Positions 1-23,029 of a DNA stretch of 48,830 bases are shown here, piece after piece. Both the position numbers and the translations under genes were made by a program. The notes under the pieces are model-generated. The model did not search any database, was not told the origin of the DNA, and saw nothing but the letters and a program-made list of their open reading frames with translations. The stretch is taken from contig NW_021834401.1 of assembly GCF_006345805.1 (NCBI RefSeq), forward strand, positions 1 through 48,830, in the 5' to 3' direction. Source of the DNA: Octopus sinensis. Taxonomy: Eukaryota. Position 1 is the first letter of the stretch, and the number at the start of each line of letters is the position of its first letter.

Positions 1-1138
1 GGGGGGAAACAATAGAAAGTAAATGGTGAATGGATGGATGCTGTTAATCTATTTGTATGTTACAAAAAGATGACAATATTTGAAAGCTATTATTTAACAG
101 TACTAATGAATTTAAAGCTCAGTGAATTACCATAACATGTAATTAGAAATATAGAATTTATATCACCGCGTTCTTCATTTTGTTTTTCGTTCTCATCTTG
201 GTTAACTTTGAATATATATAATACATATGTGTTCCACTTATCAAGTTATTAATGTGTTTTATAGTAAACAATAAATATTTAAGCTTAAATATTGTTTACT
301 ATAAACAATATTTAAGCGAGAGCGTTGCTATGTTTCTCTCCTTCTTCCAAACACTTGGGTATTATTGATATCACATTTTGTTGTTCATTTTCTACCATTA
401 AATTCACTTAGATCGTTATTCTATCTATATACCACATATTAATTAGAACTTGAACTAGAATACTACCAGCTATTCTTTTGCAATTATCCGCTATCCCTTT
501 GCAATTATCCGCTATCCTTTTACAATGTTTATTCGCTATAGTTAAGCAGTGTATTCTTCCGAACAGTTTTATTTTTTCTGTATATATATATTTAAGCCGG
601 TGCGCATACTACTTAACTCTAATGCATCGTAGTAAACTATAATCCATAATTCTTAATATAAATAAATACGTTGATCGTCGTATATAATCCTTTATTTTTT
701 CTTTTGCACTGGAGCAAAATTTACAACTATATATTATCGCCGATGAACATATTATATATTTTTATCCTAACTATTGTTTAATTTAATACGTCGTCGTTTT
801 CTCCCGTTTTCACACTCTTAAATATTACAAATGCCACTAATAATTCACATCCCAAAAACTAATTTTTATCGTTTCATCTTCTTCCTTTATCAACGTATAA
901 ATCATATTGTATGACATATTTTTTCCTCTATCCATTTGCATACATAACAACACAGAACCATAACGTCGTATAATTCTTAACCCTCATTCTCAAATAGCAC
1001 TGATTTTTTAAATTTCTAATCTAATCACTATCTTCCTTTCTAGCATAATTATTTTCATTGTTTTTATTTATTCCACTTTTCCGTATTAATTCATTATATA
1101 TTATTTATTTGTTTATATATACAGAGATTATTATAATA

Positions 1139-1620
<482 letters not shown>

Positions 1621-1960
1621 TTGTGTGCGTTTGTGTGTGTGATTCGATATATGTGTGTGCGTATTATCATATGTTGTACAAATATACCCATCGATGTGTG
1701 TTTAGAATAACTATTTGTGTGATTAAGTATAGATTTCTATGTGTCTCTTTACACATATTTATGTAGATCCAAGCACATTGTTATGTACATGCATGCCACG
1801 TTACATCTATATAGTGGAGAAATTCCTTGGGGATGATATAGAGTTCATTTATCAGTGTATGTATGTGCGTATGTACGTATTTTTCTGTGCATGAATGTGG
1901 TAAATAAAGCTTAAAGTTTATAGTCCCAACATCGTGATTTAATCTAAAAGTTGTTTTTTG

Positions 1961-2086
<126 letters not shown>

Positions 2087-3092
2087 CTTCCGGTTTTCGT
2101 AGAGGAAAGACGCGTTTGCTTTTGCTCTGTGAAAAAACAGATAGATTTGCATAAATCGACGAAATAATCTACTAAATCTAAAAAACCTAGAACATGTTAA
2201 CTCATAACGATCTACTAAAATGCATTAATTAAAAATATATTAATTAAGAACGTAATATATTTCGCTTGAAACGAAATATAAGACATTAAATTTAGTTACA
2301 CAAGCTACATTCTTTGCCGAAAAGCACGTGGTGGCAAGTCTTTAATTTATCTCCAACCAAATGTAAGAAGGAAAAAAATGTTCTCCTTTCTGTTTTGAAA
2401 GAAAACTTCTTCGTACAAGCACGAGAGTTTGGACTGTACCCTTTACGATAAGTATCGTTTTCATATTTTTGTTTATTATTTTTTATGTTCCTTTAATGTA
2501 AGCTAACGTCTCAGTTACGATTTACGACGCCATCTTTGTTTACATTCTGAGATAACTTACTTTCAATTTCTGTTTCGCTTTCAATCTATCTTTCATTTCA
2601 TCTCTATAAAACCAACATTTAGAAATTATTTTCGTATGTTTATTTTCCTGTGAGCTACGACTGAGCTAGAAATATAATAATCATAATTTTACCGTAAATT
2701 CCTTCTATCTCTATAAAACTAATATTTAAAAATCCTTTTCATTTGTTTATTTTCCTGTAATTTAAGTTAACGACTGAGAAATATAATCGTAATTAGTTTA
2801 GAATTAAATAATTCATTCATTTCCCCACCCTCTTCTACCACCTCTCTCCTCCCTTACATATACTCCCCCACTACTAGCTCCTTTCTCCCTTCCTTTATCT
2901 CTCTTTACGCTTACCTTTTCCCTCTCTCTTGCATATCTTACTCTTTTTCTCATCTCTCTCCCCACTTTCATATCCTCCTCTTCTCTCATTTCTTTTTCCT
3001 TTCCATCTCACATCTACCTCTCCTCTCGTCACCTCACCCTCTCTCATATAGTTCTCATTATATATATAGAGGATATATAGGTAATATAGAGG

Positions 3093-3923
3093 ATCTTCGT
3101 CGATGCCTCCACCAAATTTGGAAGTGGTCTAACAATTGGGACCTGTGTCTGAACGTGTCAAAGTGCTGTCATCTGCCTGTCGGCTCTACTCCTGCAACTC
3201 AACTTGATTTCGAGCCGGGTCGTCTGCTGCTGGAGAGGACCGATCAGGTAAAGGACCTATGTATCCTGGTGGATTCCTCCTTTTCGCCTTCGGGCAGTGC
3301 GTCCATGCTGCCAACAAAGCACGCGGAATTCTGTTCTTGATTCGACGGTCATTCGGAATGCTCACAGCAGCCATATTCCTACCACTCTATGTCACGCTGG
3401 TGAGACCCATATTGGAGTATGGGATTCAAGCCTCTTCTCCTGATCTCCTCAAAGACATACAATATCTCGAAAGAGTCCAGAATCTGGCTACCCGCATGGT
3501 TCATGGTCTCAAAAATTTGTCCTACGAAGAAAGGCTGAGGACGCTCGACCTTTATTCTCTTGAAAAACGCCGCCGCCGTGTCGATCTCATTCTCGCCCAC
3601 AACATCATAAGCGGAAAGTGTAACCTCTCGAAAGAGCTGTTCTTCACTCCTGCTCCAGAGCGTCGGCTGCGGGGTCATTCCGAAAAGCTCAACCTGCGAC
3701 GATTTCATCTCAATCGAAGGAGAGTAGCTTTCTACGTCCGGGTTGCGGATCCGTGAACAAACTGCCAGACGAGATGGTAAAGATGCCGACGACCGCTTTG
3801 TTCAAAGCCTCACTTGACCTCAGTTGCCTGAACTCTTTACATGAACACCACCCTGTACCTAACTCCATGTCCCCCTACATGGCCTTGCTATTTGCTTTTG
3901 AGCCAAATTAACTAACTAACTAA
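3093..3923 (+). mobile_element. 5'-truncated CR1-like LINE (RT C-terminus plus 3' UTR, (CTAA)n tail)
   Basis: ORF 3259-3756 contains LVRPILEYG...ERVQNLATRMVHGLKNLSYEERL...EKRRRRVDL, typical of the CR1 ORF2 C-terminus. Ends in actaactaactaac. Confidence 0.85.
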
Positions 3924-4338
3924 CATTCGCCCATTCTTCTCACTTCGTCTCTCCTCCTCTCTCTCACATCCTTCATCCTGTCTCTCCTTCACTCTGTCAT
4001 TCTTTCTCTTGCTATCCTCTCCCACTTCTGTTTCTCTTTCTTTTCCCCTCCTCTCCTTCTTTCTGCTTCTCTTTCTCTTCCCATCTTCTCCTTCATTCTC
4101 TCTCTCCTTCTATTCCCCTTCTGTCCCTTTTCCCTACCTTCCACTATCTCTTTAACACACAACACCCCCTTGCATTTCTCATATCATCCTCTCTATTTCT
4201 TGTATATCACCTCTCTCTTTCCTTCCTATCTCCCTCTCTGTTTCCCTATTTCCCCCCTCTGTGTTTCTCCCTCTCTACCTCTCTCTATCCCTCATTGCCT
4301 CTCTAGCCTCTGCTACCCCTCTTGACTTCAAAACGAAG

Positions 4339-4569
4339 ATGGCACCAAGGTGGGAAAAGAAAGAGTTAGATCTTCTGCTAAGAGCATGGACAATTGCTAG
4401 TGGCGATCCGCCGAACAACATCATCACTGCCGCGCTAAAGAACAATGGATTTCATAGAACCATTGACCAAATAGAGCGAAAGAAAGGTGAATTTATCCGG
4501 TCTTACATGCTTATAAGACCACACATCAAAACATTGGATAACATAGTTGAAAATTATTGTGGCAAGTGA
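4339..4569 (+). mobile_element. Myb/SANT-like (trihelix) ORF, probably ORF1 of the adjacent LINE
   Basis: MAPRWEKKELDLLLRAW...ITAALKNNGFHRTIDQIERK matches the W-x2-E-x3-L-x3-W...L-x3-G-F-x-R-T-x2-Q pattern. Confidence 0.55.
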
Positions 4570-4689
4570 TCGACGATGTTGTGAAGGATAGGGGAGCCAA
4601 GGGAGCAGAAACCGGAAGCCCCCCTATACCAGTGGCCCTACAAAGAAATGAGAAATTATAAAAACAGTAGAAAAAGGAAGGACCGAAAA

Positions 4690-5835
4690 CAAAACTTGGT
4701 GTGTGGTTACATAACTTCAGGCAGTAGTGGTTAATGGAGCCACCTCTATGAACGCACATATAGTGAGCGGTGATCCACAGGGCACTGTCTTCGGACCACT
4801 GCTTTTTATAGTGGCCCTCTCAGATATGCCCCCAAATGGCCGGATAGCCACTCTGGCAAGATATGCAGATGATACGAAAGTCTCGCAGAAAATACAGAAC
4901 CCCAGCGATATTGCACACCTGCAGCAGGAGTTTGACTCAATCTACAGATGGGCTGAGGATAAAAATATGCAGTTTAATGCTGAAAAATTCCAGGCCCTAT
5001 GCTACCAGCATCCAAAACTGAATATTAAACTCACAGAATACACCGGTCCACAGGTAATTTAAATCCCAGATCCTAAGTCTGTGAGGGACCTGGGTATCGA
5101 CATGAGTGATGATACTTCTTTCCAAGTGTACATTACTCGGATTATACAAAGTGCAGACGACTGTCTGGAAGGATCCTAAGATCATTCAAAACCAGAGATA
5201 AAGAAACCATGATATGTCCTCTGGCGGAACTTAGTCCTTAGCCGCCTGGAGTACTGCTCACAGCTATGGTCACCCACCAGTGTAAAATTAACAGCGGGCC
5301 TTGAAGCAATCCAGAGAAGATTCACGAAGAAGATCGTCTCTTTGGAACAGCTCAGCTACTGGGAAAGTTTGAAACAGCTAAGACTCTACTCCCTGGAGAG
5401 AAGACGGGAGTGGTATGCAGTAATATATGTCTGGAAGATCCTGGAAGGAATTGTGCCAAATTTTGGCATTGTAAGATACACCAATGCTAGAACGGGACGA
5501 CACTGCATAGTGCCGAAGATCCCAGCAATGCCATCACGCTTCAGGACCAGCTTCTGCACAGCCTGGGTTTCAAGGGCCCACAGCCTTTTAATATTCTGCC
5601 AACGAATCTGAGGAACAAAGTAGATGTAGCGGTCTTTAAATCAAAGCTGGACATCTTCCTGTCGAGAGTTCCAGATGTACCTACCTCACGGCAAGAGGAG
5701 CAAATGAGATTAGCTATGTCAAACTCCATTCTTCACCGAGTGTCACATATTAGAGGAGGTTCATCGTAATAATAGTGTAATACAAAACGGCGGTGCATCA
5801 GCATGGCCGCAGCTGTGAGCTGAAACAAGCGACAA
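4690..5835 (+). mobile_element. Degenerate CR1-superfamily LINE ORF2 (RT core to 3' end)
   Basis: GVWLHNF, VVNGATS, PQGTVFGPLLF, YADDTK and LYSLERRRE motifs across several frames; frameshifted. Confidence 0.85.
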
Positions 5836-5845
<10 letters not shown>

Positions 5846-5867
<22 letters not shown>

Positions 5868-5877
5868 ATATATATAT

Positions 5878-5916
<39 letters not shown>

Positions 5917-5988
5917 CATTGATAGATAGATAGATAGTTAGATAGATAGATAGATAGATAGATAGATATATAGATAGATAGATACATG

Positions 5989-6036
<48 letters not shown>

Positions 6037-6062
6037 CATTGATAGATAGATAGATAGATAGT

Positions 6063-6116
<54 letters not shown>

Positions 6117-6143
6117 CATAGATAGATAGATAGATAGATAGTT
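5846..6143. repeat. (AT)n plus (GATA)n microsatellite
   Basis: Seen directly in the sequence. Confidence 0.98.
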
Positions 6144-6189
6144 AGATTTATATATAGCCAGAGATATATTTATAGAGCAAACTGCATAC

Positions 6190-6419
6190 TCTTTTACTCT
6201 TTTACTCCTTTACTTGTTTCAGTCATTTGACCGCAGTCATGCTGGAGCACAGCCTTTAGTCGAATAAATCGACAAAAAATAACACCCCAGGACTTATTTG
6301 TTGTAAGACTAGTAATTAATATTTCGCTTTCTACTGCCGCCACTAATTACGAGGACGTAAACACATCAACATCGGTAAACACACAAATACGTGCATATAT
6401 ATATATATATTTATTTATT

Positions 6420-6452
<33 letters not shown>

Positions 6453-6616
6453 TTATTTATTTATTCGACGGGCTTCTTTCAACTTCTGTCTACCAAATCC
6501 ACTCACAAGCCTTTGGTCGGCGCGAAGGTACAGTAGAATGTTCCAAGCATTGGGACTGAACCCGGAACCATGTGTTTCATAAGCAAGCTACTTACCACAC
6601 AGCCACTCCAACGCCT
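6190..6616 (-). mobile_element. tRNA-derived SINE
   Basis: Reverse complement has the head GGAGTGGCTGTGTGGTAAG, B box GGTTCAGTCCC, an internal microsatellite and a GTAAAAGA-type tail. Homologous to 8749-9124. Confidence 0.85.
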
Positions 6617-6971
6617 ATATATTATGATTCCAAATCGAGAAAAATATAAATACATAACTTATCCATAAAAAAGTAAAAGTAAGCTTCAAATAAAATAATA
6701 TAAAAATGACAGTAAAAATTTTACAAATATAAAACAAAACAAAGATAAATATATAAACAAATTTAAGGTATTAAAAGGAATAAAAATGATACTAATACAA
6801 AATAAAATAAATAAGTAAAACTCAGATGAAGTTTCTAAAAATTAATAACACCATTAGATAATTTTATTAATTTAGTGACACGATCATTATGTAGGATGGA
6901 TCAAAACGTTTTTATATGAACGTTATAATGCGTGTCTGCTAAACCTTAGTTACCAACCGTTATTGATTAGG

Positions 6972-7066
6972 ATCTCTCTCTCTATCTCTCTCTCTCTCTC
7001 TATCTATCTATCTATATATCTATCTATCTCTCTATCTATCTATCTATCTATCTATCTGTCTGTCTG

Positions 7067-7099
<33 letters not shown>

Positions 7100-7136
7100 C
7101 TATCTGTCTATCTATCTATCTATCTATCTGTCTGTA

Positions 7137-7226
<90 letters not shown>

Positions 7227-7228
7227 AC
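6972..7228. repeat. (TC)n/(TATC)n microsatellite
   Basis: Seen directly in the sequence. Confidence 0.98.
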
Positions 7229-7929
7229 TATTTAAATCGCACCAAACAAATACTCTTTCAATCTTTAGATTTCAACTTTTAAGGAAAAATGATGACCCAA
7301 CTTCCATGAGCTATGTATCAACCCCGAAGTATTCCTCTCGCCATATCGTTGGAATATGGCAAAGTTTCCTAGGATTAAAATAAATGCTTCAAAATTTCCA
7401 TCAGCTAGATGATATACGACTGAAAATATATGTAGGAGTTTTTGTATTTTAATTTATCTTGAGCTTTAAATTTATACATAATCCTGTTTTTTTAAATCTT
7501 TTTTTAGTGAAATGGTTTTGTAACATACAAAGAAATTATTAATTACATCTATTCATTCTCCATTTTTTTTCCTCTTGCTTACCCCAACATTGATAATTTC
7601 AATAATCCTGACCATGTATCAATGATTATCGCATTATTTGTTACGGATTAAACAAGCCAAATGCTTGGATTATACAATCTGAAAGGATATAACTGCCTGG
7701 AATTATTTACACATACGCATGCACAGACACACACATATGTACATGCATAAATGCATACAAACATATACAAGGGGAGCGAAACATTCGTACTGGTGAGTAA
7801 CCACGTTTCTAGTTCACAGCAGGTTGCCTTAATTTAATTTTCAATGTCGTAAGGAGGTGCAGGTCAACATGCCGCCACTGCGATAAGAAATATACGTGTT
7901 TCTTCCATTTATGTCTATGAGATTTGTAC

Positions 7930-7970
<41 letters not shown>

Positions 7971-8748
7971 CAAAAGCACACACACAAATACTCATACACA
8001 CACATATATATATACTTCTATCTATAGGGAGAGACAGAAGTAGAAAGAGCGACAGTGACAGAGAGAGACGGAGAGAGAGCTCATATATATTGTTATGTTC
8101 GACCAATTACCAATCATATGCAAGTAAAATTTGTAAATTCCATTTACAAATTTAAAAAAATGAGTAACTCCAAAAAATGCAACAATCAGGGAGAACTTAT
8201 GAGCCTGAATATTAATAAAATACAGAAATTTGCAGACATCAGTAATTCCGATGCAAAACAATCCTTATGTATAATCGCACGATATCGCCCCTATTCATCT
8301 TACTTAATAAAATGCATGAATTATCTTTAGACATCGTAGCGTATCTCAATAGACTTCGTCTGATGACTGATTAAATTTAATCAAATTTGTCATAGCTCCT
8401 ATAATCAGGTACTTGTGTTTATAATTTTGTTTAATGAACAATTTATAAAATGTAATTTAATAACTAAAATTTGCAGTTATACTTTATAATATATTTGCAT
8501 CATTCTATCTACTTAAGGTTTTAACAATGCTCTATCATTTATCATAATCTTAAAACTGCTGTCAATTTTAATTACAATATAATCTCTATGGGTTATTTTA
8601 TCAAATAATGCGAAATGAAAGGTAGATGGGAACGGGCTAAAAATGTATTACCTGTTAGTTATGAGAATCCGTAATACTATTCAAAATCCTAAGCCTTCCT
8701 TTTCCCTCAAAATTTGTTAAAAATAAATAATGACATGTTGAGAAGATA

Positions 8749-9124
8749 GGCGCAGGAGTGGCTGTGTGGTAAGTAGCTTGCTAACCAACCTCATGGCATC
8801 TTGGGCACGTGTCTTCTCCTATAGCCCCGGACCGACCAATGCCTTGTGAGTGGATTTGGTAGACGGAAACTGAAAGAAGCCTGTCGTATATATGTATATA
8901 TATGTATGTGTATGTGCGTGTGTTTGTGTGTCTGTGTTGTTCCCCATAGCATTGCTTGACAACCGATGCTGGTATGTTTACGTCCCCGTTACTTAGCGGT
9001 TCGGCAAAAGAGACCGATAGAATAAGTACTGGGCTCACAAAGAATAGGTCCCGGGGTCAATTTGCTCAACTAAAGGCGGTTCTCCAGCATGGCCGTAGTC
9101 AAATGACTGAATAAGTAAAAAAAA
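8749..9124 (+). mobile_element. tRNA-derived SINE with a 20-bp target-site duplication
   Basis: AATGACATGTTGAGAAGATA flanks it at 8729-8748 and 9125-9144; absent from the paralogous site in copy B (about 36571). Confidence 0.92.
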
Positions 9125-9205
9125 AATGACATGTTGAGAAGATATCTAATAATTTTCGATTGCGTATACGATATACAAAGAAATATATTTGCTTTCACTT
9201 TGTAG

Positions 9206-18244
<9,039 letters not shown>

Positions 18245-18889
18245 ATACAGAAAATACTGCAATAATGATTCCCTGACTTAATTTTGTATTTCTTTTGATA
18301 TTCCAAATATCTGAAATATATCTTCAATAAATCATACTTTCATATTTGCATTAAAATTCTTCGATATTTGAGTATTCAGCAACGTGTACCGAATAACATA
18401 TATTAACGTACAGGTTTTCATTTCGATCAACATATGTATTACTTATTCTTTGACATAACGATTACTAGTTGTTGAAACAACAGTATATATGTATTGGGAT
18501 AAACGTATCCAACTGTGTTCAGTTAAAGATCCGTTAAGAAAATGTTAACTGAATTATTGTGTTATATTTAATATGTTAAACTTCGTCACACAATTTCCGA
18601 TGTGATATCGGAATATCACTAAATATATTTCATAAGTATTTGTCATTTACACCGGAAATACATTGCACAGTAGAACCCGAGGGTCATTTTGATGACATTT
18701 GTGAAATAAAGCAAATGTTTCCAGATAGATTCATGAAAGAAGTCCCGTATAAGAATATGATTATTATGCATAATAACGTTGAATAATACAGTGTTTCCGC
18801 CATACGTAGGTCACAGATGACCAGATTTGAACTACGGATTAAACAATACTATGAAACAAATTGTTTTGGACCGAATAAATATTAAATTA

Positions 18890-20080
18890 GATTTTATCTA
18901 GACATTAAGAGCAAAGCTGACGTAATCAGCTTCTTGTCCCCAGCAAGAGGCTATTAACTTCACAGAAGACAGTAGCGGAAATAAGTAAAATTTCAAGCAA
19001 GTCGAAAGCAGCGCATTTGAATGCATTAATGAATGGAGAAGAGGAAATCGTGGGATGGTACAGAAAACGACGAACAGTACTGTGCCTGAAGGATTCATCA
19101 CAGTTAAATGCTGCAGCAATTACAGACAAATTTCCTGCTTCCTGTCAAACTTGAAGGTACTGACAGGAGGAATTGCAGAAGAACTGTATAAAGAATTTGA
19201 TGAAAACGATATATTACCATCAGAAAAGAAAGTCTGTAGACGTAGCTGCAGGCGTACCAAAGGCCAAATATTGGTAGAGAAAATTGTAAGGCTGGATTTT
19301 AAACGAAGTAGAAATGTAGAAATGACCTGCAGACTATAAACAAATCTTATGATATGAGTTCTTATTCGTGGAGCATTGAGGCTTAGATCAGTTGGGAATT
19401 GTGAGGAATGTCACGTGTTTAAAGATGTGACGTATTTTGAGATGGAAAGCTGAATTAACATCTTACGGCAATGCTGGGGCAACCTGGATATCAAAAGATG
19501 CACGAAATTGAAACAATGCGAATAGAAAAGACACCATAACAATGTGGCAAGAATGATCAGTTGAGAACTGTGAGGAAATCACGGTCTACAAAGGGCAAAG
19601 CCGCGGGTTCCGCAAACAGAGAAAGCTGTCACCGAAAATAAGAATTGCAAAATCCTGTAGGATTCAATTATGAAATGCTATAATCAGACTACATATCAGA
19701 CACCGGAGACTTTTGCATTGAATAAAATAGTACGAACATGCACCATAATCAACTTAGCATGTCCGATGACGAATGGATGAACGTAAAAGAAGAAAAAAGT
19801 AAAGTTGTATTACGATTTAAAGTGGGGCATACGAAAGTTGTGGACAATAACATGAGTTGTCGGATACGAGTAGTTATTGGTGCACTCAACTACCATCATG
19901 GCGGAAAAAGATCAGTGCAAGTGTGTAGGTGGAAAACCCATAAAAATCAGCGTTGCTTGGAACTGCAAGAATTCTTATCGAGGTTCTTCAAGCGTGACCA
20001 GTGAAATATATGCCACCTTAGCTTGGCGGCCTTCGGTAGCTGACATTTTCTTAACAAGCAAGTTAAGCTGTGAGTGTTAA
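18890..20080 (+). mobile_element. Decayed RLE-type (R4/Dong-like) non-LTR retrotransposon fragment
   Basis: SNYRQISC...LTGGIAEELY...ENDILPSEKKVCRR...TKGQILVEK; then RHHNNVARMIS, ENKNCKIL and VVIGAL, with stops and deletions. Confidence 0.65.
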
Positions 20081-20116
20081 TAGAATATGAAATTATATGT
20101 TTATATACATATATAT

Positions 20117-23029
20117 CATCATCATCATCATCATCATCATCATCGTTTAGCGTCCGTTTTCCATGCTAGCATGGGTTGGACGGTTCTACTGGGGTCTGTG
20201 AAGCCAGAAGGCTTCATCAGGCCCAGTCAAATCTGGCAGTGTTTCTACGGCTGGATGCCTTTCCTAACGCCAACCACTCCGTGAGTGTAGTGGGTGCTTT
20301 TTACGTGCCACCTGCACAGGTGCCAGACAGAGCTGGCAAACGGCCACGAACAGATGGTGCTTTTTATGTGCCACCGGCACGAGGGCCAGGCGAGGCTGGC
20401 AACGTACACGAAACGGGGCGGTGCTGGCAACGGTCGCGAAACGGAAGGTTCTCTTACATGCCACCGGCACTGGTAGCACATCTGCAATTTCCATTGATCG
20501 ATTTCGATTCTGATCCTCACTTGCCTCAACAGGTCTTCACAAGTAGAGTTTTGTGTCACAAGAAGGGAAGGTATGCATACGTAGGCTGGTTCCATCCCAT
20601 GTAGAAGGCCACGGGTTCTGGACTCACTTGTCCTGCCGGGTCTTCTCGCGCACAGCACACTTCCAGAGGACTCGGTCTCTAGTCATTTCCTCAGTGAGAC
20701 CTAAAGTTCGAAGGTCGTGCTTCACCACCTCGTCCCAGGTTTTCCTGGGTCTGCCTCTTCCACAGGTTCCCTCAACCGCTAGGGTGTGGCACTTTTTCAC
20801 ACAACTATCTTCATCCATTTTCGCCACATGACCATACCAGCGCAAACGTCTCTCTTGCACACCACATCTGATGCTTCTTAGGTCCAGCTTTTCTCTCAAG
20901 GTACTTACACGCTGTCATCTATGCACGCTGACATTACACATCCATCGGAGCATACTGGCTTCATTTCTTGCGAGCTTACGCATATCCTCAGCAGTCACGG
21001 CCCATGTTTCACTGCCATGTAGCATGGCTGTTCGTACACACGCATCATACAGTCTGCCTTTCACTCTGTGCGAGAGGCCTTTTGTCACCAGCAAAGGTAA
21101 GAGCTCTCTGAACTTTGCCCAAGCTATTCTTACTCTAGCAGATACACTTTCAGCACACCCGCCCCCGCTGCTGACTTGGTCACCTAGGTAACGGAAACTA
21201 TCAACTATTTCTAGTTTTTCTCCCTGGAAAGTGACGGAAGTTGGTCTCAGAGCATTTTCAGTGTTTATTGTTCCTGAGCATCTGCCACATACAAAAACCA
21301 TCTTCCTAGTTAGCCTTCCTTTGACATTGCTGCACCTCTTATGTGTCCATAGCTTACACTTGGTGCATCTTATAGAGTTTCTACCTACACCGTTTCTACA
21401 GATCGAGCAGGGCCATCTACCTGAAGGCGTTTGTGATTTGTCTACCTTCCTACTGATTACGACTTTGGTTTTAGCTAGATTGATTCTGAGGCCCTTCGAT
21501 TCTAATCCTTGTTTCCACACCTGAAACTTCTCCTCCAGTTCTCATAGCGACTCAGCAATTAGAGCAAGGTCATCAGCATAGAGGAGCTCCCAGGGCATCC
21601 TCTCTTGAATTCCTCCGTTATTGCCTAGAGGACTATGATAAATAGGAGGGGGCTGAGTAGTGAGCCTTGGTGGACCCCTACCTCTACCCGGAATTCTTCA
21701 CTGTACTCGTTTCCAACCCTCACCCTACTAGCAGCATCCCTATACATGGCCCGCACAGCTCTCACTAACCATTCATCTATCCCTAGTTTCCTCATTGCCC
21801 ACCAGATAAGGGATCGGGGTCCCTGTCGAAATCTTTCTCCATGTCAACAAAAGCCAGGTACAGGGGCTTATCTTTGGCTAGGTATTTCTCCTGCAGCTGC
21901 CTTACCAGGAATATAGCATCAGTAGTACTTTTCCCTGGCACAAACCCAAACTGCATCTCATCTAAACTAACTCTCTCTCTAATTAGTTGGGCTATGACCC
22001 TCTCCGTAACCTTCATTACCTGATCCAACAGCTTGATACCTCTGTAGTTATTTGTATCTAGAGCGTCACCTTTACCTTTGTAGCAGTTGACTATTATGCT
22101 GCTACACCAGTCATTGGGTATGACTCCTTTGTGTATCACCTGATTAACTATACGGGTGACTAGGCTATAGCCGACACTACCAGACATTTTTAGCATCTCT
22201 GCAGTGATTCCTGATGGGCCTGGGGCTTTTCCTGTCTTCATGCTTCTAATTGCCTTAGCTACCACGGAACTATCAACTCGGATAGCTGGTCCCTCTGTTG
22301 GTTCAACATTCGGCAGACTCTCTTTATCCCATTCATTTTCTTTATTCAGCAACCTTTCATAGTGGCGTCTCCAAGCTTCTCTCTTTGCATCCTCATTTAG
22401 CGCAAGTGAACCATCTTCCATGCGAACACACTTCTCTCCTACCACATCACGATTCTCTCTCACACACTGTCTTGCAACGCGAAACACCTCCAGTCTTTGG
22501 TCCTCACGGCGCAGAACATTGGCAAATGTTTTCTTATCTGCTTCCACTCTGGCTAAATAAACCTGTCTCCTAGCTTCTCTTTTGACAGTCTGATACAATT
22601 CCCTGCTACCCCCATTTTTCCAGACCTTCCAAGCCTGTCTCTTTTCTCTAATAGCCCTGTCTACAATATTGTTCCACCACCACGTTATTCTAGGTCGAGA
22701 GGGGACTTTGCACCAGCCACAGATCTGGTTAGTGGCTCTCAGCAGGTTGTCCCTTAGAAACGTCCAGCTGTCTTCTACCCCCTGTGATGCTCTATCCCCT
22801 TCTACTTCGTCAGAGGCTTCAAGTAATATGTCCCTAAATCTCTGTCCATTTGCAGGATCTTTAAGCTTCCAGATCCTTCTTCTCCATATTGGTCGTCTTC
22901 TGGTTGTCCTCCTAGTCCTGTTCCTAAAGTCACTAACTACCAGCCTATGTTGTGGGGTACATTCTTCACCTGGGAAGGTTTTGGCATTTATAAGCAGCCA
23001 TCTCTCCCTTTGCCTTGCAAGGATGTAGT

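Noticed and set aside
477-518. 21-bp tandem duplication
   Set aside because: Only two units, so ordinary slippage; not CRISPR-like.
4170-4185. 15/16 match to B exon 1 (ttgcatttctcatatc) as a possible A signal exon
   Set aside because: No ATG upstream, no GT donor, and a low-complexity context.
4261-4338. Signal-peptide-like start MFLPLYLSLSLIASLASA
   Set aside because: Begins at GTG in CT-rich low-complexity DNA; the ATG at 4339 is the more plausible start.
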